Below are positions 46,074 through 54,814 of a stretch of DNA of 59,670 nt, in pieces. Under the pieces are notes generated by a model, which was not told where the DNA came from, ran no database searches, and was given only the letters and a program-made list of their open reading frames with translations. The position numbers and the translations under genes were made by a program. How positions within the stretch are numbered: the stretch's first letter is position 1; each line of letters starts with the position of its first letter. Origin of the DNA: Escherichia phage CAjan; the sequence record KP064094; one strand, written 5' to 3'.

Positions 46074-46314
46074 TTTACACCTCACAAAATATACATAAAC
46101 CAGAAATAACCAGCTACGAAAATAGCACCCGCAAATAATTTTAAAATCTCGAACATTGTTCCCTCCGTTAACTTTATGCTGTAAGTATAGCAGGACTTGC
46201 GATGTATGCAACAACTTTAGACTTGAAATACATCTATGAAATAGCACGATTTGCCTTTACCTCTGATCCGTCTAGCTGTACTATTAACCCATAAACAGAG
46301 CGGAGGATTACAAA

Positions 46315-46539
46315 ATGGTCATGCTGAATAAAGTATATAGCACAATGGGCGCGGATTATAAAGTTGTACGTCACCCGCGTACTGGTAAATTTGAAGCATA
46401 TATCCGTCCGATGGGTGAAGGTTGGATGTATTACGGTACTTATGACGACGCTGAGCAAGCTTATAAAGAAGCGGAAAGTGCCGCGGAAGCATCCGAAATT
46501 ATGGCAAGGTACGACGTTGATGATTACTACCTTAACTAA
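46315..46539 (+). CDS. hypothetical protein (isolated plus-strand gene)
   Basis: 74 aa, SD GGAGGA, own promoter-like element and bidirectional terminator; opposite orientation to all neighbours. Confidence 0.5.
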   Translation: MVMLNKVYSTMGADYKVVRHPRTGKFEAYIRPMGEGWMYYGTYDDAEQAYKEAESAAEASEIMARYDVDDYYLN

Positions 46540-46543
46540 CAAT

Positions 46544-46567
46544 AAAGGGCCAAATGGCCCTTTATTT
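46544..46567. terminator. bidirectional terminator
   Basis: AAAGGGCC-AAAT-GGCCCTTTATTT between convergent genes 46315-46539 (+) and 46566-48908 (-). Confidence 0.6.
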
Positions 46568-48908
46568 ATTCCTCTTCTCCTAAGTTTGCCATAATACCTT
46601 CAACATCTTGCGTAATGCGCCAAGCCGCGCCAGTGAATCCCAGTTTGATAGTCTCCTCCCGTGTTACCGGAACAAGGGCACCCATAGCAACCATCTCTTT
46701 GATTGTAGACTCAATTGCTGCGGACAATCCGTGGTGATAGTTTTTAAACGCGGACTTACTTGCAAGACGAGTAGTAATATCACCCCGCGTGATAATACCT
46801 TCTTTACGCAGATCTACACGTTTAACTTTCACCCAATCTTTAGTTAGATAATTCACACAAACCTGGCACATAGTACGGATACGAGCTTCGTCATTAGTAC
46901 CGATACCCCCACTATGCCATTCCTTCATAATGATATCCTGTCCATGACGCACAAAGTCCAAGGCCCATTGAACATGATAGGTCTGCACAACCGGATTGAT
47001 CCAGTTTTCTCCCACAGCTAACAGGGCGGATAGACGTAACACCTTCAGGTGCGCACGGTTCCACGGCTGGCGGATTGCTTCGTCTTTGGTTGCGTTAATA
47101 TTACGGTCGCATTCGTCGTTAAACTGATCACATAATGCTTCCGCATCCGGGCTAAACTGCACTTCAATACTTTGATGCTTTGCCATTGCGACTAAGGTGT
47201 GGTTAACAAGATGACACACCATATCCCGCAAATGCTGATCCATTGTAGTCTGCTGGTTCTTGTTTAAAGGTGGTCGATCCCCTTCATAGCGGACAACATG
47301 GAAACGGGATAAGAAACCATCCTCCATCATTTCACGCGTCAACGCTTCAAAAAACGTGTCCGGTGTCGTTTCGCCCATGATGCTATAGGCCACACCTTGT
47401 TGAGCTTCCGTATTATTAGCCTTATCAGAATAAGACATACCACCAACAATAGACATCTGACCGGACTTTTGATAAATATCGGTAAGGTCATTCTTGAAGC
47501 TTTGCATTGGTGAACCTGCTGGCGCCGTTGCCATTGCTTTAATAATCTTACCAAACTCACCGTTCAAGTTGATAAAAGATTGTTTGTCCGCAAAAGATTT
47601 ACGCAGTGCGGAGCCGGAAGCGCATCGGTCAAAGGATACAAAGCTATGAATCTGCGGAAACGGTTCCTGAAGCTGGCTAACTATATTAGATAGCCCACTG
47701 TTCAACGTTTCTTTACCAACACCAGAACGAGCAATAAGGACGAAATATCCATTAAGACCCGATTGCGGAATCTGCCAGACCTTCCCGCATACCCCAGCCA
47801 TAAAGCCTAGCGCTGTCACAATAGAAATTTCTTTCACTGGTCGGACGGAGGCTTTATAGATGTATTTCGCAAGCTCCCCAGCAAGCCCCGGCGGCCAGTC
47901 AATAGCGGTTGCATCAATAGATGTACTTTCTGCAACTACTGTCTGCCCCTGTGTTGTTTCAACAGTTACGGGCATTTCCGCTACCTGCTGCATTGCACTG
48001 TGTGCCGCTTGCATACGGGCAGCATAATCCCGCGCCAGCGCCGCTACGTTTTCCTGGGCAATGCGCTCACGCTCCATGCGACCGCGACACATACGCAAGC
48101 AACGGTCAATATGAACATTGTTCTTATTAGCCTTCTCACGTTTGCCCAGCGCACTATAACGGAACAGACGGCGACATTGCTCATTACTTTCCGTGTAGAA
48201 TGCATACATAGAGATAAGGGCAAGGTCTGCTTCAGACTGGGAAGGGAATCCCATTTCAACCCATTCACCGTTAAATAACCGTGCATACTTATCGCCGTTA
48301 TCCGCTTCAAGTGCACGCTGATGAATAGTTGCATCATCTTCTACCGGATCTTTTTCTACCAGTTCAATTTCATATGTCTTGCGCTGAAGATCAATTTCAT
48401 TCACAAGCATAGTAAGGTAATGATCACGTTCTGCAACTGGTTTGTTGTAGACGGGATTGCCCGTGCAGATAATAAAACGCTCCTGACTATAAACCTCGAC
48501 ACCATCACGTCGACGACCTTTACCGATGTTACCTCTTAACCACAGGTGGACACCCAGGCCTGAGCGACTTACTTCGGTGTAAGTATCGAACGCAGTCATG
48601 ATCTGTTCGAAGCGGCGCAACTGCTCTGGCGTCGTGTGCTTCTTGGGATCAGGTTCATTGGTTGCGTTCTTCACATCCAGGTCGATGCAGGTGAACGGGT
48701 CTTGTGCAGTAAGCACGAATCCAATATAAGGTTTATTAAAATGAGCGGCGCAACCTTTGGCAGCTTCAAACGTCATAAGCATATCCGGATCGGTAACGTC
48801 CGCCGCCATCAAACGTCCAATATCGCTATCCCATACCAACGGCTTTTTATCCGCATCGGCCACCGCCCATTGTGGGAAAGCTTTAATTTCAGCGGGAAAC
48901 AGTTCCAT
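46566..48908 (-). CDS. primase-helicase (archaeo-eukaryotic primase-type domain fused to P-loop NTPase-like domain)
   Basis: 780 aa; N-terminal AEP-like motifs (CIDLDV, SGLGVHLW) and central P-loop-like SGVGKETLNSG. Confidence 0.6.
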   Translation of the reverse strand: MELFPAEIKAFPQWAVADADKKPLVWDSDIGRLMAADVTDPDMLMTFEAAKGCAAHFNKPYIGFVLTAQDPFTCIDLDVKNATNEPDPKKHTTPEQLRRFEQIMTAFDTYTEVSRSGLGVHLWLRGNIGKGRRRDGVEVYSQERFIICTGNPVYNKPVAERDHYLTMLVNEIDLQRKTYEIELVEKDPVEDDATIHQRALEADNGDKYARLFNGEWVEMGFPSQSEADLALISMYAFYTESNEQCRRLFRYSALGKREKANKNNVHIDRCLRMCRGRMERERIAQENVAALARDYAARMQAAHSAMQQVAEMPVTVETTQGQTVVAESTSIDATAIDWPPGLAGELAKYIYKASVRPVKEISIVTALGFMAGVCGKVWQIPQSGLNGYFVLIARSGVGKETLNSGLSNIVSQLQEPFPQIHSFVSFDRCASGSALRKSFADKQSFINLNGEFGKIIKAMATAPAGSPMQSFKNDLTDIYQKSGQMSIVGGMSYSDKANNTEAQQGVAYSIMGETTPDTFFEALTREMMEDGFLSRFHVVRYEGDRPPLNKNQQTTMDQHLRDMVCHLVNHTLVAMAKHQSIEVQFSPDAEALCDQFNDECDRNINATKDEAIRQPWNRAHLKVLRLSALLAVGENWINPVVQTYHVQWALDFVRHGQDIIMKEWHSGGIGTNDEARIRTMCQVCVNYLTKDWVKVKRVDLRKEGIITRGDITTRLASKSAFKNYHHGLSAAIESTIKEMVAMGALVPVTREETIKLGFTGAAWRITQDVEGIMANLGEEE

Positions 48909-48914
48909 ATTAAA

Positions 48915-49118
48915 TTAAGACCTCCGACGCTTATCGCCTTGCATTGCTATAAGTGCTGGCTCAGCAATTTCACGCACGTATACAAATACGTTAGCGATAC
49001 GAACAGCTCCAGGAAGTATATCTCGATTGCGGCACAACTTATAACGACTAACCCCGAAACGGGCTTCAATCTCTGATGTGGTTATATACTTAGCATCAAA
49101 CTCGTCTTGTGCAGTCAT
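48915..49118 (-). CDS. helix-turn-helix DNA-binding protein
   Basis: 67 aa, HTH-like ITTSEIEARFGVSRYKLCRNRD; strong SD AGGAGG. Confidence 0.5.
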   Translation of the reverse strand: MTAQDEFDAKYITTSEIEARFGVSRYKLCRNRDILPGAVRIANVFVYVREIAEPALIAMQGDKRRRS

Positions 49119-49179
49119 AGCTCCTCCTTTGTCCGCACACTATACACAGATAAGAGGAGCCATTGCAACCAAATTTGCA

Positions 49180-49962
49180 TTATTGCGCAGCAAAGTTCGC
49201 ATATCCCATAACGCATTCATATACCTCTTCAGGAGTGCGACCTTCCCGTAGATTTATCATCCATTCGTCCAATTGTCCAAGGCGTTGCTGAGCCTTCGCA
49301 ATGTCATGAAATGCTTGCCATGGAAAAAAGTTTCCCCCAGCTAGTGCAACCTCTATGCCCGTAGCGGCGTTGCCATATGCCTTGAGCTTGCAAACAGGCC
49401 AACGTCCACGATTATCCCAAATTGCTGGTTCCACATTTTTATCCGGTCGCGAATACCATCTATTTTTAAGCGATGTGATTTCTTTTTCCGTTAACTGCTC
49501 ACCCTTCGCACGCTCATTCTTGGCAAGCCAAACTTTAAACGCGGACTCATTATTTTTATCCTTTGTTTGGCAAACCTTAAAAGCATTCTCATATGGTGCC
49601 TGCGGTCCAAACCGTTTGTAGTAGTCAAACTTGCCGCGGAACTTTGCAACTTCTTTAGTTGTAAGTTCACGGTTTTCTTTTTCCTTTATTTGTTCGCGCA
49701 CCCATGTCATAAACTTATCACGCTCAGGGTTTTCTTTTTTTGCAGCAGCTTTTCCGTGTTTAACTTTAGACTTCACATCTTGTGCGCTATCAAAATAATC
49801 CTCAACCATCTTAAGAGCCTGCTCTTTAGTTACCTTTCCGCGAATACGGGAACACGCTTGCACGACCCAAGCAGCGAAGCACAAATCCTTAACCACATTT
49901 GGGTGAGTGCTGGTCGGCTGTTCCTCCGCCACCGCGTTATTGTTAGTCAGCTCTGTATTCAT
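49180..49962 (-). CDS. hypothetical protein
   Basis: about 261 aa from ATG 49962 with SD GGAGG; Lys-rich; first gene downstream of the CCCTAT repeat region. Confidence 0.45.
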   Translation of the reverse strand: MNTELTNNNAVAEEQPTSTHPNVVKDLCFAAWVVQACSRIRGKVTKEQALKMVEDYFDSAQDVKSKVKHGKAAAKKENPERDKFMTWVREQIKEKENRELTTKEVAKFRGKFDYYKRFGPQAPYENAFKVCQTKDKNNESAFKVWLAKNERAKGEQLTEKEITSLKNRWYSRPDKNVEPAIWDNRGRWPVCKLKAYGNAATGIEVALAGGNFFPWQAFHDIAKAQQRLGQLDEWMINLREGRTPEEVYECVMGYANFAAQ

Positions 49963-49967
49963 ATAGC

Positions 49968-50260
49968 CTCCGATAGGGTATTGCCTTAACCCTATGGTAA
50001 GACCCTCCCTATTAAATTGCAAGAGTTATTGTAAAACAATAGGTATAGGGTGCAATACAGGGTTCATATAGGGTAACCCTATAAACACCCTATAAAATAC
50101 CCTCCCTATGCAGCTTTCTAAATTTATAGTTTTAGTTTACCCCTTGCGCCCCCGCAGAAAAACTAAAGATAGGGGTACTAGGGTAAACATTGGCAAATAC
50201 CCTATACCCTACTCCCTATACTATGATTCTAAAAAATTTGGTGTATACCCCTATAAACTT
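49968..50260. repeat. array of CCCTAT/ATAGGG repeats (iteron-like) followed by AT-rich tract to about 50420
   Basis: At least 12 copies of the CCCTAT(A) core in both orientations within about 300 bp, including palindrome ATAGGGTAACCCTAT and runs such as ACCCTATACCCTACTCCCTATAC. Confidence 0.6.
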
Positions 50261-50592
50261 ATAAACTTTCAGTCAACTAACTAAAATAAAACTAATTAAA
50301 CTAATATTAATAATAACTATAAATATATATAAAATAAGGATTTATTATTATTGTATATAGTACCTATTGGTATTATGTGATGAGTTTATAGTCACTAAAT
50401 AAACTCTATAAATTTTAATAAACCTGAACGGATGCAGATCAAAAATGAGAAGTCAAGTGCTTTTGAGGGAAATTTATTGAACTATTGTGATCGGAAGGTA
50501 TATCAAGCTATAATGCGCTTAATCGCGGGATATTGGAGGAGGACTTTATTGCGCGGTTAACCGGACCAGTAGGAGGGCTGGCCCGGAGTAGT

Positions 50593-50919
50593 TTAGAGCT
50601 GTACAGGTATAAAGTGGGCTAATGTGTCGTCGGACATAATACCCGACAATTTTTCGCTTACCCATTCGGACCAAATGCTATCCGGTTCCTGGCGATGCAC
50701 AAACCAGATTTCGGAAGTGCCTTCTTTGCGCATTGGTTGCACTTCTACGAGGAACTTGTCCTGCATAAGGCGGGTGAAGCAGACGCTGGTCATTGGAACC
50801 GGCTTTTCGTGTTTATTGTAATAAGGAGTCAGTAATTTATTTCCGAAGTTAGCAACTTCATAAACTGTTCCTTTGCGAAGACCTCTGATGTCTGTGTAAG
50901 AGCGGATAAATGTTTTCAT
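50593..50919 (-). CDS. hypothetical protein
   Basis: about 108 aa from ATG 50919 with SD AGGAG. Confidence 0.4.
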   Translation of the reverse strand: MKTFIRSYTDIRGLRKGTVYEVANFGNKLLTPYYNKHEKPVPMTSVCFTRLMQDKFLVEVQPMRKEGTSEIWFVHRQEPDSIWSEWVSEKLSGIMSDDTLAHFIPVQL

Positions 50920-50969
50920 GCTCACTCCTAGGGCTCCCGCAGAAGCCCGTTGGTTGATGTGGTTATAGA

Positions 50970-51452
50970 TTATGCGTCCAGACCGTGGTTGGCGTGAAAT
51001 TTGTAATGCTCTTCCGCTTGTTTACGGGCCTGTTTTGCGTCCTCTATAGTATCATATAAACCTAGATACTTTTTCAATCCGTTTATTTGAATGTAAGCCT
51101 GAAATTTACATGCCTTTTTATTAAAGTAAACTCCTGTTACTCCGGTAGAGTTATTTATTGCCCTGCTAAGATTTTTACTATTATCGCTTGGCAACACTAA
51201 GCGCAAATTCTCTATGCGGTCGTCCCATGTACAATGGTTAATATGGTCTATTTGATGTCCTTCCGGTATCGGGCCTTTATGCAACTCCCATACTAACCTT
51301 GAACGACGATATAGTTTTCCCTTGTATCCTATCAGGATGTATCCGCGCTTATTTGGTACACCAGCTTTACTACCGATAGAAATCTGTTTAGCTGGTTTTA
51401 TTTTCCAAAATAATTCTCCGTTTTGATAGCTGAAGATATTATTTAAGTCCAT
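50970..51452 (-). CDS. HNH homing endonuclease with AP2 DNA-binding domain
   Basis: 160 aa; HNH motif (HQIDHINHCTWDDRIENLRLV) and AP2-like segment (TGVTGVYFNKKACKFQAYIQINGLKKYLGLYDTIEDAKQARKQAEEHY). Confidence 0.7.
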   Translation of the reverse strand: MDLNNIFSYQNGELFWKIKPAKQISIGSKAGVPNKRGYILIGYKGKLYRRSRLVWELHKGPIPEGHQIDHINHCTWDDRIENLRLVLPSDNSKNLSRAINNSTGVTGVYFNKKACKFQAYIQINGLKKYLGLYDTIEDAKQARKQAEEHYKFHANHGLDA

Positions 51453-52050
51453 GATAAGTTCTCCAAGCGTAGAACTGAATGGCGACCGTTGTCCCGTTGT
51501 AAGAAGGCATTGCAGCTTTCATTTCTTTCAGCTCCGGCGTGCGGCCCAGTTCGGCTAAAAGTTTGTCGCCCATTGCCCACACTTCGGCGGTTTTTCCTTT
51601 CAGCGGCTTGCGAGCACCATTTTTGAAATCACAGCGAGCAGCTTTTGCATCCTGTTTTGGCGCGGCAGCTTTTGGCTCTTCAATTTTGATTTCAGAAACC
51701 TGCGTGGCAGCTTTTGCATGTTTCATATCTTTCTCTTCCTCCTGCTCCAGAGCTTCGAGGCAGCTTTTGACGATTTCCGGATTTACCATCGGGCGCAGTA
51801 CCGAGACGCTGGCAGCTGGCGCGGCGGTCGGTGCCGGTACTTTCTGCTCCGGCTGTTGCGCTTTTTTATGGTCGCGCAGTACCTGAAGCACTTCCTTCTC
51901 CACGATGTAAAAACCAATCTCATCCTGATGGATTAACTGCTCGTGTGCATCGCGTGCAACCTGGCCCCAACGGGTCTTCAGGGCGCGGCGTGCATTCGTT
52001 TTCATGGTGTAACGCATTTTGTCCTGTTCGCGGTGAGTTACTTTAGACAT
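51439..52050 (-). CDS. hypothetical protein
   Basis: about 203 aa from ATG 52050 with SD AAGGAG (track start 52095 is GTG). Confidence 0.4.
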   Translation of the reverse strand: MSKVTHREQDKMRYTMKTNARRALKTRWGQVARDAHEQLIHQDEIGFYIVEKEVLQVLRDHKKAQQPEQKVPAPTAAPAASVSVLRPMVNPEIVKSCLEALEQEEEKDMKHAKAATQVSEIKIEEPKAAAPKQDAKAARCDFKNGARKPLKGKTAEVWAMGDKLLAELGRTPELKEMKAAMPSYNGTTVAIQFYAWRTYHGLK

Positions 52051-52123
52051 GGTATAGCTCCTTTCGTTAATATTAGTTTGCTTATTACTGCCCACCGTAA
52101 TGATGAGCAGTGTATAAGAAAAC

Positions 52124-52372
52124 TTATTGCACGATTGCTACGAAATCGGCGGTTGCGATATCCATGCTTGCGAAAGCAACGATGCTATAGTCGGTGTCGT
52201 TCTCGGCGTTAAACGCTTTGAGGAACTGTTGCACCGCTGCTTTATGGTTAAGCGTTACGTCGATAGCATAGTCCCAGCTATAGACTTTGCGCTTGCCAAA
52301 ACCTTTAACTGCAATGCGTGAGCCTTTAGTGTTGGTTGGTGCCAAAAATTTGGTGACGATAGAAGTAGCCAT
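52124..52372 (-). CDS. hypothetical protein
   Basis: 82-aa ORF with SD GAGGA. Confidence 0.4.
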   Translation of the reverse strand: MATSIVTKFLAPTNTKGSRIAVKGFGKRKVYSWDYAIDVTLNHKAAVQQFLKAFNAENDTDYSIVAFASMDIATADFVAIVQ

Positions 52373-52440
52373 GATGTAATCCTCGTTTTGTTTAAGTTGA
52401 CTTATTATTGCCCGGTCCGATCAACTGGGCAAGATATAAA

Positions 52441-52653
52441 TCACTTAATTTGGACTAAATCGTATTCCTTGTAAATGTCGCTAATGTACATATCGAACTG
52501 ACCCATTAAGAAGATTTCGGCCTCCTCCCAACTTGGAGCAGATACATAACCAGCTATTTTACCGGACGCGAGTTCCACTAATTTGAATTCCATGATGCAA
52601 CCCTTAATGTGGTTAAGCAGTATTGCTTTGTTGAAGTAATAATAGCCTTGCAT
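52441..52653 (-). CDS. hypothetical protein
   Basis: 70-aa ORF, first minus-strand gene next to the divergent promoter region; weak SD. Confidence 0.3.
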   Translation of the reverse strand: MQGYYYFNKAILLNHIKGCIMEFKLVELASGKIAGYVSAPSWEEAEIFLMGQFDMYISDIYKEYDLVQIK

Positions 52654-52798
52654 CGTGATATTGAATAGGCCAAAAGTGCTATTTTAGAATTGTTTTGCAT
52701 CTAGTGAAAATTATGCTTGCCTTGCACGTTTAGCACTAATGGCCTAACTAACATCACATTATCTGGAGTATTCGCGCGGGCGCACACATACATATAAG

Positions 52799-52925
52799 GT
52801 GTGCCGGATCGACCAGGTGGGAGCGATGCGCCGAATTGACCAGGGGCACCGGATGCCCCTGCGTGTGCGGAGCCTACCAGGTGGGAGCAGCTCCCGCGTG
52901 TGCCGGAAATACCAGGGGCGCGCGA
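52799..52925. repeat. GC-rich degenerate direct repeats in divergent intergenic region
   Basis: Units GTGTGCCGGATCGACCAGGTGGGAGC, GTGTGCGGAGCCTACCAGGTGGGAGC, GTGTGCCGGAAATACCAGGGGCGC plus palindromes GGGGCACCGGATGCCCC and GGGAGCAGCTCCC. Confidence 0.55.
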
Positions 52926-52960
52926 GCCCATGCACTTTACAAAATATTTTTATAAAAAGT

Positions 52961-52989
52961 GCAAAAAGGTGTAGACACATGATCGGTCT
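52961..52989 (+). promoter_or_regulatory. sigma70-like promoter candidate for rightward small-gene block
   Basis: TAGACA - 17 bp - TACTAT about 60 bp upstream of the ATG at 53052; next to a TTTTTATAAAAA palindrome. Confidence 0.3.
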
Positions 52990-53051
52990 AGCACTACTAT
53001 ATACACATACCGCAAGGGTACTACAAATCAACTAATTTACGGGGGTACAAA

Positions 53052-53315
53052 ATGGTCCGCATCCTGGAACGTTATAAAAACGAAGCTACTGGCGCTATTG
53101 CATTCAAACGTATGTTAGTAAAACAAATCGACGGTTTATTCCGTGTTGTTAAAGAAGTCGATTACGGCAACGGCGCAGGAGTAACTACAACTATTGTCCC
53201 GGGCATTAAAGCGTATAAAACTTTAAAAGGTGCCGAGAAGGCCCTGGCAGCCTGGAAACCTGAACGCTATCAAATGACCCGTGTTGAATGGCTCATGCAG
53301 GAAGGTAAGATCTAA
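53052..53315 (+). CDS. hypothetical protein
   Basis: 87-aa ORF with SD GGGGG; first plus-strand gene after the divergent region. Confidence 0.45.
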   Translation: MVRILERYKNEATGAIAFKRMLVKQIDGLFRVVKEVDYGNGAGVTTTIVPGIKAYKTLKGAEKALAAWKPERYQMTRVEWLMQEGKI

Positions 53316-53383
53316 GTTTGTTTATACAATGGGCATTAATACAGTGCCCATTAATAAGCTAACTAATCATATCGAGGTATATT

Positions 53384-53668
53384 ATGTCCATCGTTACTAT
53401 GTCGTTCTTCGACCATTGCAATAACGAAAAACAAATTATCGTTAACCTGCAAAAAGGGTCTGTTGTTGCACGCAATGCTAAACGCCAATGCATCGCGCTA
53501 ACCGATTTTGCTTTCCGCCTTAACGTGGACAATACCACCGCCAAAAATATCGTTCACGATACAGCGTTGGAAGCTGCTCACGCAGCGAAGGATGAAGGTA
53601 TTCGCGCCGCACGTAAAATCATGCACAAAGCGCTCGGCATCACGTTCTTCGTTGGGATTAAGGGGTAA
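53384..53668 (+). CDS. hypothetical protein
   Basis: 94-aa ORF with SD GAGGT. Confidence 0.45.
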   Translation: MSIVTMSFFDHCNNEKQIIVNLQKGSVVARNAKRQCIALTDFAFRLNVDNTTAKNIVHDTALEAAHAAKDEGIRAARKIMHKALGITFFVGIKG

Positions 53669-53825
53669 CTACTATGTCACGCAAATACACGCTTACACGC
53701 GCACAGCACGCGTTATTAATTGCAGCAATGCGCGCAGAATATGCAGTTCATGGCTGGCATAGTGCTATGATGCGCGGTAAAAGCATATATGCGGACATGC
53801 GCTCGCAAGGATAACGCACACAGCG

Positions 53826-53920
53826 CCACTCTAGCGAGCTAATGTACATAGGTAATGGTAATGCATTAGCTCGGGCGAAACAGGCGCACAGCGTCGCGCA
53901 CAGCTCGCACAGCGCACACA
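53826..53920. repeat. inverted repeat and CGCACAG direct repeats in non-coding region
   Basis: GAGCTAATG...CATTAGCTC 9-bp inverted repeat flanking GGTAATG x2, followed by CGCACAG x4 and GACCC repeats. Confidence 0.5.
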
Positions 53921-54242
53921 GACCCACGCAGACCCAGCCGCGCGACCCGACCCATCCTTTTCCAGGTACTTGGATCGCTGGGGCGTGCCCTGTCCATCCT
54001 GATAGTAAGTCCTTGTCTAAATCTCACCTGTCACATTCCTATCCACCTACATCCATGACCACACCTACCTTCTTTTTGAATATATTGCGCTCATCCTTTC
54101 TAAATATATGGATTTGGTAGTAAATTCTGAGTCGTCAACGTATAATTCGTCTTGTAGCTGCTCCATAGCTACCATCTTTAAGCGGATGCAACCAATTTCT
54201 ATCAATTCACACCTGTTTTAGAGCATCAAGGAGGAGGTATTT

Positions 54243-54494
54243 ATGTGCGACATCAGTGCAAGCGCTGCACCCAGCACCTCCAGCAATGTGGTTACAGAGG
54301 TAAATGCAATGCGATTAGGCCCATATCGCGGGTATTATGGTCGGGCAGCATGGAATGACGCTACTCAACGTTTTGAAGGCTGGATTATCTGTCCGGAACG
54401 TGTTAAATTTCATTCCGTAAAAGAGAAAAATATCGTTCTTAATTTTCAAAAATGTGTCACTAAATATGTAGAGGAGCAAGAAGAATGCGTGTAG
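54243..54494 (+). CDS. hypothetical protein
   Basis: 83 aa, very strong SD AAGGAGGAGG. Confidence 0.45.
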   Translation: MCDISASAAPSTSSNVVTEVNAMRLGPYRGYYGRAAWNDATQRFEGWIICPERVKFHSVKEKNIVLNFQKCVTKYVEEQEECV

Positions 54495-54763
54495 AAGAGA
54501 TTGTTGAAGGTAAAGAGTATCGTTTACTGACCGATATTGGTGGTGTCGGATATACTCCGGGCGATGGTGTTGAGTTCCGGGAACTGAAAGCTGGTTCTAT
54601 TGTTACTGTTAATAAGGTGGTGTTTGATCTGCATAGCCTTTTCGGACAGTGGAACCATACTGTAATTGTTAGCCAGGGTGGCGATGAATACGATGAAGAA
54701 GAGGATGCTTACGAAATCAGTTATACTGGTCTTGTAGGCGCCAATTTCCTGGAGAAAGTATAA
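54485..54763 (+). CDS. hypothetical protein
   Basis: 92-aa ORF with SD GAGGAG, overlaps preceding gene. Confidence 0.45.
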   Translation: MRVEEIVEGKEYRLLTDIGGVGYTPGDGVEFRELKAGSIVTVNKVVFDLHSLFGQWNHTVIVSQGGDEYDEEEDAYEISYTGLVGANFLEKV

Positions 54764-54814
54764 TTATCAATCTATAATGGGCTCTAAGGAGCCCTTAATT
54801 ATCTGGAGGTTGTT

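Noticed and set aside
49968-50420. Possible CRISPR array
   Set aside because: Repeats are short (6-7 bp core), in both orientations and irregularly spaced with no uniform spacers; no cas genes.
52701-53035. Three overlapping ORFs across the GC-rich repeat region
   Set aside because: Arg/Gly/Pro-rich products generated by the GC-rich repeats, on both strands with no SD; more likely regulatory DNA.
53842-54120. 92-aa plus-strand ORF (His/Ser/Pro/Thr-rich)
   Set aside because: Low-complexity product, no SD, embedded in repeats; treated as non-coding.
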